A stretch of 64,000 bases of DNA, taken from positions 27,667 to 91,666 of the forward strand of contig CAZQDD010000008.1 in assembly GCA_964591805.1 (NCBI GenBank), read 5' to 3'. Below, piece after piece: positions 36,287-45,325 of this stretch; the first letter of the stretch is position 1, and the number at the start of each line of letters is the position of its first letter. The stretch is from an uncultured Acidobacteriaceae bacterium (GTDB lineage Bacteria; Acidobacteriota; Terriglobia; Terriglobales; Acidobacteriaceae). The translations under genes were made by a program, and so were the position numbers. Under the pieces are notes generated by a model. That model was given only the letters and a program-made list of their open reading frames with translations, had not been told where the DNA came from and made no database searches.

Positions 36287-38217
36287 GGTCGAAGGTTTTA
36301 TTGGGATGCCTGATGATCGTATTGGCTGCGGGTAACCTGTTGGCGCAGGTTACGGGCGATGTAATTGGCGTGCACAACCTGGGACCGGGAAGCAAGTCTC
36401 CCATTACCGGTACGAGGAATGACATGTGTTCCTACTGCCATGCTCCCCATTCCGGAACTGGAAAAGGGCCTCTATGGAGTCAGCAACTTTCGACCCAGAC
36501 CTACACTCCCTACACCAGTAGCACCTATGTAGAGAAGGGCAATACCCAGCCGTTTGTAGGCGGCCCCAGCAGTCTCTGTCTTAGCTGTCACGACGGCACC
36601 GTCGCGCCCGGAACGACCCAGCCCTATGGCAAGATAACGATGACTGGGACCATGTACAGCGCCGATGTCTTTGGGACGAACCTTTCCAACTCACATCCCT
36701 TCAGCCTCGTTCTTCCACTCAAGGATTCCATAGTTCTGGTTTCGACCCTTGTTTCAAAGCACCAAACGTCTGATCCAACCGGTGCCATCAAGCTCATCCA
36801 TGGCAATATCGAGTGCACCTCCTGTCATAATCCCCACGTCCAGGCCAAGGATCTGATCTCACTGAACTTCCTGGTCCGCGACAGTTCCAGAGGCCAGATG
36901 TGTCTCGCCTGCCATGACCCAACCCGAACCCTGTCAGGACAGGTCAACCCGATGGCGGTTTGGTCGACGAGCATTCACGCCACGGCTACCAACAAAGTAA
37001 CCATCCAGGCCAGCGTTGGAAGCTACAGTACGGTCGCACTGAATGCATGCATCTCCTGCCATGCGCCCCATGAAGCAGGCGGGCCGTTGCGACTGCTCCG
37101 GGGGCCGAACGAACAGGACTGCATCGCCTGCCACAGCGGCGGTTCGAATATGTCTCCCGCCGCACTCAACATCTATGCCGAGTTCAGCAAGGTCGGGCAT
37201 CCGTTCCCGGCGGGCACCAACACCCATGACGCAGACGAAGGCTTCCCGGCTGCCTCTGGTTCCGTCCCACTCGTACTCCTCAACAATAATCGTCACTCCA
37301 CCTGTGCGGATTGTCATAACGCGCATTCCTCCATGCAAGTGACTACGTTTACCGCGCCACCCGCAATACGCGTCTCGCAGAATGGCATTGCCGGTATCAG
37401 CGCGACGGATGGCACGACGATTGTGAATCCTGCGGTCAATCAGTATGAGAACTGTTTGCGTTGTCATGGCACCAGCGCGGGAAAATCCGTGAACGCCGTC
37501 TTTGGTTACTTGCCGGTGCGGGTAGTTGCCGCCGGCGACCCCTTGAATATCATTCCAGAGTTCAGTTTCACGGCCACGTCGAGTCATCCGGTGACGCACG
37601 TCAGCAACAGTAAGTACGCGCAACCCAGCCTGCTCGCCAACATGTTGGATCTCGACGGAATCACCAAGGGACGCCTGACGGGTACGCAGATTCTATGTAC
37701 CGACTGCCACAACAGTGACGATAACCGCGAGTTCGGGGGTGCTGGTCCGGCCGGCCCGCACGGATCCAAGTGGACGCACATTCTCGAGCGCCAATACCTT
37801 GACAATCAGGCGCCGGGACCGGGACAGCCGATTACGAATCTTTACCCAAATCCTGATCTCAGCGTCAATGGCCCCTATGCACTGTGCGGCAAATGTCACG
37901 ACCTGACCAACCAGATCATGCAGAACACCAGTTTCGTCCAGCACTCGCTCCACATCAACACTGGCTTCTCCTGTTCGGTTTGCCACACCGCTCACGGAAT
38001 GGGTACGACCAGCGCAACCATTACGGGCGAGAGACTGGTGAACTTCGACGCGAATGTGGTTGGCCCGAACGGGGCCACGCCCATCTCCTACAATCGCAGC
38101 GCCAATACTTGCACTCTTACATGCCATGGCTACGCGCATAATGCGGACGGATCGGTCACCGCTGACAAGGCTGCGATTCATGGGGTGAAGAACTTGCCCG
38201 CCGGAAAGGGGAAGTGA
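36283..38217 (+). CDS. Secreted multihaem c-type cytochrome, 11 CxxCH motifs plus one CxxxCH motif
   Basis: The ATG overlaps the upstream stop (ATGA), and GGGAGG lies 6 nt upstream. Signal peptide MRSKVLLGCLMIVLAAGNLLAQ. Eleven CxxCH motifs and CTLTCH (38110-38127) were counted. There is no lipobox Cys. Confidence 0.85.
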   Translation: MRSKVLLGCLMIVLAAGNLLAQVTGDVIGVHNLGPGSKSPITGTRNDMCSYCHAPHSGTGKGPLWSQQLSTQTYTPYTSSTYVEKGNTQPFVGGPSSLCLSCHDGTVAPGTTQPYGKITMTGTMYSADVFGTNLSNSHPFSLVLPLKDSIVLVSTLVSKHQTSDPTGAIKLIHGNIECTSCHNPHVQAKDLISLNFLVRDSSRGQMCLACHDPTRTLSGQVNPMAVWSTSIHATATNKVTIQASVGSYSTVALNACISCHAPHEAGGPLRLLRGPNEQDCIACHSGGSNMSPAALNIYAEFSKVGHPFPAGTNTHDADEGFPAASGSVPLVLLNNNRHSTCADCHNAHSSMQVTTFTAPPAIRVSQNGIAGISATDGTTIVNPAVNQYENCLRCHGTSAGKSVNAVFGYLPVRVVAAGDPLNIIPEFSFTATSSHPVTHVSNSKYAQPSLLANMLDLDGITKGRLTGTQILCTDCHNSDDNREFGGAGPAGPHGSKWTHILERQYLDNQAPGPGQPITNLYPNPDLSVNGPYALCGKCHDLTNQIMQNTSFVQHSLHINTGFSCSVCHTAHGMGTTSATITGERLVNFDANVVGPNGATPISYNRSANTCTLTCHGYAHNADGSVTADKAAIHGVKNLPAGKGK

Positions 38218-38374
38218 CCTCCTGAAGACCTCCGGCCTTCGCGAGCAAGAGATGCACGGGTGAGTGCTGGCTGAGTCAGTAGTTCTGCGAGGCGAAGGGG
38301 CACAACCGTATTCCATTGCTGTTCGCTGAGGTTTCATACGCAGCAGGTCACGGCGTCTTAACCAACTTGACCGG

Positions 38375-39901
38375 ATGAAGTTGTTGAAGACTATGTCCAT
38401 GAGTTTGGAGTCACCAGCACGCGCAACGCGCAGCGCACACGGAGATGGATTTGCCGTTCCCCCGCTACGGGTTCTCACCCTGCTGCTGCTGTTTAACGCC
38501 GCCGCCGTTTATGAGTCCATTCATCTGACCTCGCTGGCTGATGCTGATGTCTGGTGGCACTTGCGCACGGGTATCTGGATTCTGCAGAATCACGCAGTGC
38601 CGCACAGCGGAGTATTTTCGCAATACCCGGCTTTGCCCTGGACGGCTGGCAGTTGGGGCTATGATGGATTGCTTGCGGCAGCGTATAAGTTATTCGGACT
38701 ACGGGCTGTCCCGCTGTCGTTGATGGTGCTCGAGGTTACACTCGCGGTGTCAGCATTTGTGCTGGCGGGCGGCAGGCGACGGCATTTCTGCCTCGCTGTA
38801 ATCCTCGCCATTGCCGCGCAGTACGCTTTTCTGCACGTGCGTCCCCTGCCCAATCTTGGCTCGCTCGTGTTATTTTCCGTCGAGTTGGCGTTGCTATTCC
38901 AGAGCCGGCGAACGGGCAGTGTGCGAGCGCTCCTCTGGCTGCCTCTTCTATTCGTCCTATGGACCAACTTCGACATCCAGTTCGTCTATGGACTCTACGT
39001 TTTGGGCCTGTTCTTCGTATCAGCGTTCACTGCAGAGATCTGCCGCCGTCGCGGCCTGGCTTGGACCAGCGATGCGCCCACCTTGCCGATGGGAGTGATC
39101 GCGGCGGTCGCCGCCGTCTCCGCGGTTGCCACCCTGCTATCGCCCTATACCTATCACGTCTACGAAGCTGCGATCAAGAATGCCACCCCGGTAGCATATG
39201 TCGCGCAACACCACGCCATGAACTTCCGCCACCCGCAACACTACGTGTTATTGTTGCTGGCCATGGCCGCTTTCCTTACTCTAGGAAGGCAACGCTCGCG
39301 TGATCTGTTCAAAATTACGCTTATGATCGCCAGCGCCATGGTATCGTTTCGCATGCAATGCGATGCCGGGTTCCTTGCCTTGGCCTCCGTGGCTGTGATT
39401 GGCGATGCATTCGCAATCGATAAGTCTGAGACAGAGCAGGAGGCTGGCGCACACCTTGGGAAATGGGAATCCCTGGCGGCGGCCGGACTGCTGTTCGTAG
39501 TGACTGCGGCCGCGGCCTACCGTATTCCCTCCGGCAGCCAAGCGCTGTTGAAGAAGATAGGCGAGAGCTTTCCCGTGCAAGCCTCCGATTACATTCGAGC
39601 CAACCAGCTTCCGAATCCCTTGTTTAACGAATATCAATGGGGAGGTTTCTTGACCTGGTATTTGCCCGGGTACCCGGTGGCCATCGACGGACGTAGGGAC
39701 CTTTATGGCGAAGACATCAACCTTCGCTATTTCCAGGTAACAAGCGCCGAGATTCCTCTCAACGCCGATCCCGACTTCGCCAATGCCCAGACGATCTTGC
39801 TACCTGCCAACTCTCTTATGGCCGAGGCGCTTGCTACCATCCCCGACTTCAAGGTGGTATACCGCGACGCCTTAGCCACGGTACTGGTGCGGCAGAACTG
39901 A
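38375..39901 (+). CDS. Polytopic membrane protein, GT-C-like paralogue family (short form without TPR)
   Basis: 508 aa, about 11-13 TM segments. The first-loop motif is ADADVWWHLRTGIWILQNHAVP, and the C-terminal block is NEYQWGGFLTWYLPGYPVAIDGRRDLYGE. It is clearly homologous to 45326..46807 and more distantly to 25377..27692 and 46844..49174. Confidence 0.75.
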   Translation: MKLLKTMSMSLESPARATRSAHGDGFAVPPLRVLTLLLLFNAAAVYESIHLTSLADADVWWHLRTGIWILQNHAVPHSGVFSQYPALPWTAGSWGYDGLLAAAYKLFGLRAVPLSLMVLEVTLAVSAFVLAGGRRRHFCLAVILAIAAQYAFLHVRPLPNLGSLVLFSVELALLFQSRRTGSVRALLWLPLLFVLWTNFDIQFVYGLYVLGLFFVSAFTAEICRRRGLAWTSDAPTLPMGVIAAVAAVSAVATLLSPYTYHVYEAAIKNATPVAYVAQHHAMNFRHPQHYVLLLLAMAAFLTLGRQRSRDLFKITLMIASAMVSFRMQCDAGFLALASVAVIGDAFAIDKSETEQEAGAHLGKWESLAAAGLLFVVTAAAAYRIPSGSQALLKKIGESFPVQASDYIRANQLPNPLFNEYQWGGFLTWYLPGYPVAIDGRRDLYGEDINLRYFQVTSAEIPLNADPDFANAQTILLPANSLMAEALATIPDFKVVYRDALATVLVRQN

Positions 39902-39985
39902 CCCTCCTGGGCGCAGACAATCCGTGACGAACGAAACGTAAAACTGCTACATCGTTCTGATCAAACGTGCGCGGACACGAATGCG

Positions 39986-41488
39986 TCAGTTCCCATCCCG
40001 ACTGTAGATCAGGTAGGCCGCAGCACCGAAATCAGTTCGTTTGTAAAAGATATGGCCGTCGGAGAAGTGTACCAGTCGATAGCCGATTCTGTTCAATGGA
40101 CGGTTTACAATCTTGAAATCGCTTTCCGGGGAAGCGCTGTAGATAATGACATATTCCGGAGCGACGGATTGCAGTTCATCCAGGTTCGTCTCAAATCCAT
40201 AGAATGGCTGCCCGTAGTGGATGTAGGTGGTTGGAATATTGATCAGAATGTCGTGGTTAAAGTAGGCCTGCACTGCTGACATTCCATAGGTGTAACCGAA
40301 AATCGTGGACTTGTCTGCTCCAACCTGTCTCAAGAACCTGGCGGCATCCTCGGAACCGCTGTAAGGGTAAAGGTAATCATTTCTCATTGACACTCCGGCG
40401 TCCCAGATGTTCAGGCAAAACAGGCACGCCAGCAGCGCTATCATCCCGTTCGTTGCCAGGCGCGCAGTGCCGGTAAAAGACCGGGCCTCATTGTCGCTTG
40501 GCCATGCAACCCACAGGCCCGCGATCGCCGCCAGGAATACCGTGCCGTGATGGTGCGGCCGGCCAGCAACCATCACAAACAGCAAAATCATTACCGAGAC
40601 AGAGAGCAGAAACGGCAGCAGCTTCCGCCGCATGCAGCACCATCCTGCCGCTGCCAGCAGGAAGAGAGAAGAAAGTAGCCATTGATCGAAAAAAGCAAAG
40701 TCGACAGCATCCCCAAACCGGCTCAGACTGACCACATGTCTCGTGCTGGCCGGCATCTTGTCCGGCGCGAACATAAGCATGTCATGGGTCGGCTTCAGAA
40801 TGACAAAGAGGAATAGAAAGACGAGAAGCACGGCGCCAATGTAGAAAAAATAGCGCCGCCGCAGTGTTTCGCCCAGCCGTGGCCAATTCCTGATTGCCTC
40901 GACCAGGTAGCACAACCCAAAAGCCGCGGCCAACACAATCCCGTGCAAGGAGACATTTGCGAGCAGAATCAAGGCCAGCGCCATCCGGCCTGGATGTTCG
41001 CGATCACTATAGAAGGAAGCAGTAACGAACAGTAGCAACGGCAACAGGTTGTAAGAGCGTGCTACTACTGCGTACTGGTAGACGATAACGTAGGAAAACA
41101 CCAGCAGGTAACGAAGCGGGCGGGGAAACGGCGCCTTCCACAGAATGAAAGCAACTCCCAGCGCGGCACATATCGCGCCAATCACACCCATCGCACCATA
41201 AGGTGCATGGAAAACATGCTGTACGATCCAAAGAATAGTGTGCCACAGGCCGGGCGTGCCTTCGTAGCGTAATTCGTAAAACCAGATTGACTTCAGATCG
41301 AGATCACGCGCAATCAGCCATGTCTGGGATTCGTCAGCCCAAGGCTCGTGATGCCGCAGGATGAAGGCAACCAGAGTTACCCAGATACCAAACACCCCCA
41401 GATCGGCGATATGCCACCAGCGGCTCTGGAGTCCCGCCGTCTGCTGTTCGGGCAATTCGAGTGTGATCTTTTCTCGAGTGGTCGTCAT
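39986..41488 (-). CDS. Polytopic membrane protein, probable GT-C-fold glycosyltransferase (ArnT/PMT-like)
   Basis: 500 aa, about 11 TM segments. An acidic first-loop motif HEPWADESQTWLIARD follows TM1, as a DE-type GT-C motif would. The C-terminal domain is soluble. GC content is lower than the surroundings. Confidence 0.6.
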   Translation of the reverse strand: MTTTREKITLELPEQQTAGLQSRWWHIADLGVFGIWVTLVAFILRHHEPWADESQTWLIARDLDLKSIWFYELRYEGTPGLWHTILWIVQHVFHAPYGAMGVIGAICAALGVAFILWKAPFPRPLRYLLVFSYVIVYQYAVVARSYNLLPLLLFVTASFYSDREHPGRMALALILLANVSLHGIVLAAAFGLCYLVEAIRNWPRLGETLRRRYFFYIGAVLLVFLFLFVILKPTHDMLMFAPDKMPASTRHVVSLSRFGDAVDFAFFDQWLLSSLFLLAAAGWCCMRRKLLPFLLSVSVMILLFVMVAGRPHHHGTVFLAAIAGLWVAWPSDNEARSFTGTARLATNGMIALLACLFCLNIWDAGVSMRNDYLYPYSGSEDAARFLRQVGADKSTIFGYTYGMSAVQAYFNHDILINIPTTYIHYGQPFYGFETNLDELQSVAPEYVIIYSASPESDFKIVNRPLNRIGYRLVHFSDGHIFYKRTDFGAAAYLIYSRDGN

Positions 41489-41541
41489 GCCGCTCTCAAT
41501 GGAAGCTGTCCGCTTGCGGACGTACGCTCCAAGTCTTTACG

Positions 41542-43431
41542 TTATTGTCTGCCGGAACCTTCCGCGTCGGGCCGCACGAAGACATAGACTGGGTCTCCGA
41601 ACGGATACAATCTGAATACCTGTACGAATTTGTATTTCCTTGCCAACACTTCGACCGCAGCAATAATATCCCGTTGACCGCTGCGCTTCCCATGGCGCCA
41701 GTACGATTCGTTCGCGCGCAGGAATTCCTCCGGTGTCGGCCCGTATATAAGCACTGCCGGCCGTACTCGGAGCAACCTCTCAGCTTCCTCCTTCGCGAAC
41801 GAGTCGGGAACAACGTCAAAGTTATGCGAACTGGAGAACGTTGCAGGTCTGCGTTCCGTCGCACCATAAAAAAATCCAAGTTCCGGATAAATAAAGATTG
41901 TGTCCGCCGGGGTGGAGTTTTCCCGAATGATGCGAATGGTCGAATCGGCGAATTCGATGGTGTTCGCCGGAAGCAAGAATCCCCGTAACTCTGGGAGCGA
42001 CGACTTCATGGTCGCAATCTTCACGGTAGGCTCTTGCCAACCGTTAAACCCGAACGGCACTCTCTCCTTGAACTGGGTTTCGCAGCAAAGCAGCGCACCG
42101 CAAACTGCATAGACAACCCATCGCCGCCAGTTATCGAAATCATTTAAAAGCACTGCTAAAAACAGTCCCAGCCCCGGAATTGTCATGGCTTCAAATGCCG
42201 GATACGAAAGCGAAGTCATGAACGCGACAATGAAAGCAACGGACGCAATCAGGGCGAACTGTGATTGCCTTCTCGAGATGTTTCCGCTCAGGTAACGCCA
42301 GAAGTAATAAGCGATCAGCAGGCCACTTCCGATAAGCGAAATATATATGGTTGGCTTTGCAGCCAGGTCCGGCCTGAATGGGAGAGGCTGCATGGATGAG
42401 GCTCCGATGATACCTAGCCCAAGCAGCAATACCAGTAGAATTCCCTTCAGTGAATCTGTGTCCGTATCCTTCTTTTCTTTGTCCTCGGACCTGCGCAGAG
42501 CTCCCCAGCAGATTACCAGTACAACCAATGCAATCAACGCCGCCCACCAATAGTCCCTCAGGGTCACAATGGTATGCGCGAGGAAGTCACCGGGATGCGC
42601 CGCCTTGGCTGCGGGGCCGGTAATAAAGGCCTGCGTCAGAAATGCGCGAAGGATGCCGAAGTGCACCATCCAGCCAAGCAAGACGGCCGCCGCGAGTGAC
42701 CAACCGGCGGTAAATCCCGCCAGAAACCTTAATGCCTTTTGAGCGCTTTCCAGCCTAACCAGGCAGAGACCCAGAACAAACGGAATTGCCAGAGTCACGC
42801 CTAGCCCTATGGTTTGCTTCGCGGCGAGGCACAGCAGAGAAATAATTCCCGCCAAACACCCGATTGCCGCCACGGCACGCTTGGTTCGCCCGGCATCGAG
42901 CGCATAACTCGCAGCGAACCCATCGGCAATTGCCAGCATGATCGTAAAATGGTTATAGGAGCTCACCGGATCCGCGTAGTCGCCCGCCGAAACCACCATG
43001 GTGACGATCGCGGCCCATGCCGCATCCTTAACGCGAAAGAAACGGACCAGCCAGCCGTACAACAGCAGAGAAAGAATCACTCGCTCAAAAACAGCGTAGC
43101 CCCTCAGTACGATTGGCAGCTTTCCGAAAATAGCAAGCACCGCCGCACAGCGAGCCACCCACAAGGGAGGGACCGGAACATAATAATCTCTGTACGGAAG
43201 GATTCCCTTCAGAAAGAATACTGCGCCCGTGAAGCCGCCATCCCCCGATCTGAGTCCAAGGAAGCGGTTCCAGAAAAGCAGGAAAAAGCAAAGTGTCACC
43301 GAGGCGGTAACCAACGCGCCTGCTATGGCGGTTCTTCCTTTCGAGGAGTGCGAAGCGCTGGAGTCAATTCCCGGATCTGTGACCCGAGCGAATGGGGCTT
43401 GCTCTTCGTTTCTCTGCGGGAAACTGCTCAT
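41542..43431 (-). CDS. Polytopic membrane protein, probable GT-C-fold glycosyltransferase (PMT_2/ArnT-like)
   Basis: 629 aa with more than 12 TM segments. GILPYRDYYVPVPPLW resembles the PYRDF...PPL block I recall from bacterial PMT_2-type proteins. The C-terminal soluble domain is about 170 aa. Confidence 0.55.
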   Translation of the reverse strand: MSSFPQRNEEQAPFARVTDPGIDSSASHSSKGRTAIAGALVTASVTLCFFLLFWNRFLGLRSGDGGFTGAVFFLKGILPYRDYYVPVPPLWVARCAAVLAIFGKLPIVLRGYAVFERVILSLLLYGWLVRFFRVKDAAWAAIVTMVVSAGDYADPVSSYNHFTIMLAIADGFAASYALDAGRTKRAVAAIGCLAGIISLLCLAAKQTIGLGVTLAIPFVLGLCLVRLESAQKALRFLAGFTAGWSLAAAVLLGWMVHFGILRAFLTQAFITGPAAKAAHPGDFLAHTIVTLRDYWWAALIALVVLVICWGALRRSEDKEKKDTDTDSLKGILLVLLLGLGIIGASSMQPLPFRPDLAAKPTIYISLIGSGLLIAYYFWRYLSGNISRRQSQFALIASVAFIVAFMTSLSYPAFEAMTIPGLGLFLAVLLNDFDNWRRWVVYAVCGALLCCETQFKERVPFGFNGWQEPTVKIATMKSSLPELRGFLLPANTIEFADSTIRIIRENSTPADTIFIYPELGFFYGATERRPATFSSSHNFDVVPDSFAKEEAERLLRVRPAVLIYGPTPEEFLRANESYWRHGKRSGQRDIIAAVEVLARKYKFVQVFRLYPFGDPVYVFVRPDAEGSGRQ

Positions 43432-43584
43432 GATGGGTATTCCCCTCGTTTGCTCTGACTGTCTGTACTCCTGATCGGGAGTATGAACTCGTCGCCGTAT
43501 CCAGCTTCATCGATTCGGCGCCCGCTACAACGGAGTAACTCAACAGTGAGTCGATTGTCTCCTGTTCGGTACCACCGCCGGGGC

Positions 43585-45117
43585 TTAGTTGTCTTTGCTT
43601 TCGTGGTAATCCGGTTCGGTATTCACATCCCAGATGTTTCGCTTGTCGATGCGGCCAGAGATGATATTGTCCACGGCCGTCATCGCCGTCAGCATCGAGT
43701 GGTCCTGGTTGTTGTACTTGTGCATGCCATTGCGGCCTACCATGTACAAATTTGAGATCGCATCGACGTACTCACGTACTTCCTGGAAGCGGCCATAGAG
43801 ACCAAAATATGCCGGGTAGGTCTTGGCCATGTGGATCACCACGGCGTCTCGCACATCGCAGCGCTCGATGATGTCAATTTTTGCCAACTCGTCGGCAGCC
43901 AGGCTCGCCATGCTCTCCTCCGGGCGCGTCCATAACTCGTCACCCTCATAGCAGAAGTACTCGGCGCCCAGCCAGACTTTTGATGGGTCGGCCACCAAAA
44001 ACGGGCTCCAATTGTTGAAGACCTGCAGCCGGCCCACGAGCACATCGGGTTCCTGTATATAGATCCAGTTGTCTGCAACCAACTGTCCCGGTTTGCCGCC
44101 CGGATCGCGCACCTTCAGCCTATCTACCAGCAGACCCACGGCGATAAAATCCCGATACTGCAGATTCTCCGCCACCTCGCGCACATTCGCCGGCACGCGG
44201 CTGCCGCCTTCCACCATGGCCTGCACCAACTCTTTCACCGACGTGGTGGAGAAAAAATAGTCGCCCGTGAAGCGGCGCTCGGTGCCGTCGGAGGCGCGCC
44301 CGCTTACGGCCACGATGCGTCCATCTTCCACCTCCACGGATGTGACGTTGAAGTTGGTGATGACCTCGCCGCCCATCTTCAGCACGCGCCCGGCGACTTT
44401 CTCCCACATCTGTCCCGGCCCGAACTTGGGATACAGGAACTGTTCGATCAGCGAGGTTTCGGTGCCCTTCTGGGCGATGTCTCCCGGCTTGCCGGATGGC
44501 TTCAGAAAATGCGCAATGGCCTTGCGGATGGAAAGACCCTTGATGCGCTGCGCGCCCCACTCCGCGCTGATCTTGTTGCACGGAACGCCCCAGACTTTTT
44601 CAGTGTAGGACTTGAAGAACGTGAGATAGAGTTCACGCCCAAAGCGGTTGATGAAAAACTGCTCCAGGTTCTCTACCTTGCGGATGGGAAATAGCGCGGA
44701 ACGCAGGTAGCTGAAGCCGATGCGCACGGTGCGGGCCGGGCCCAGATTCTTCAGGGTCGCCTTGCTGAGCTGGATGGGATACTCGAAGAGCTTTCGCAGA
44801 AAATAGATGCGCGACTTACGGCCTCGCACCAGCATGATGTCGTCCTGCTTCTCCGACTCGCCGGGCGTCTCCCGCGGCAACTGTTCCAGCCACCAGTCCA
44901 TGACGCGGTCGCTCTTGGAAAAGAAACGGTGACCGCCAATATCCATGCGATTACCCTTGTACCGCACGGTGCGCGAGATGCCGCCCATGTAGTCAAAGCG
45001 CTCGAGGACGATGGGGCGGATGCCTGTCCGGGTAAGCAGTTCGTAGGCCGCAGTCAATCCCGCAGGGCCCGCGCCGATGATGACTGCAGTTGGTTGTTCC
45101 ACGTTGATACCGCGCAT
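43585..45117 (-). CDS. NAD(P)/FAD-dependent oxidoreductase (amine-oxidase / UDP-galactopyranose-mutase-like fold)
   Basis: [17 protein letters not shown] is a dinucleotide-binding GxGxxG motif, followed by MGGISRT...[11 protein letters not shown]. At 510 aa it is the first gene of a minus-strand operon with the two GT-C-like genes. Confidence 0.7.
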   Translation of the reverse strand: MRGINVEQPTAVIIGAGPAGLTAAYELLTRTGIRPIVLERFDYMGGISRTVRYKGNRMDIGGHRFFSKSDRVMDWWLEQLPRETPGESEKQDDIMLVRGRKSRIYFLRKLFEYPIQLSKATLKNLGPARTVRIGFSYLRSALFPIRKVENLEQFFINRFGRELYLTFFKSYTEKVWGVPCNKISAEWGAQRIKGLSIRKAIAHFLKPSGKPGDIAQKGTETSLIEQFLYPKFGPGQMWEKVAGRVLKMGGEVITNFNVTSVEVEDGRIVAVSGRASDGTERRFTGDYFFSTTSVKELVQAMVEGGSRVPANVREVAENLQYRDFIAVGLLVDRLKVRDPGGKPGQLVADNWIYIQEPDVLVGRLQVFNNWSPFLVADPSKVWLGAEYFCYEGDELWTRPEESMASLAADELAKIDIIERCDVRDAVVIHMAKTYPAYFGLYGRFQEVREYVDAISNLYMVGRNGMHKYNNQDHSMLTAMTAVDNIISGRIDKRNIWDVNTEPDYHESKDN

Positions 45118-45325
45118 CCCAAATAGTATAAGAATGATTGCAAGGTAAAACTATACCAGCTCCCACACCCTGGAAATGATTTCTGTCCCATCTTGCCTGG
45201 CTAAGGCATCGGTGACATGGACCAGGTCCAGACCTTGGCGCCACGCGGACACCCGCCGCCCTCTCGGCGGCGCAAGGTCCGGCGTTTTCTCCCGTAGGGT
45301 CTTGGATAGCGAGGTGTTCCAGATC

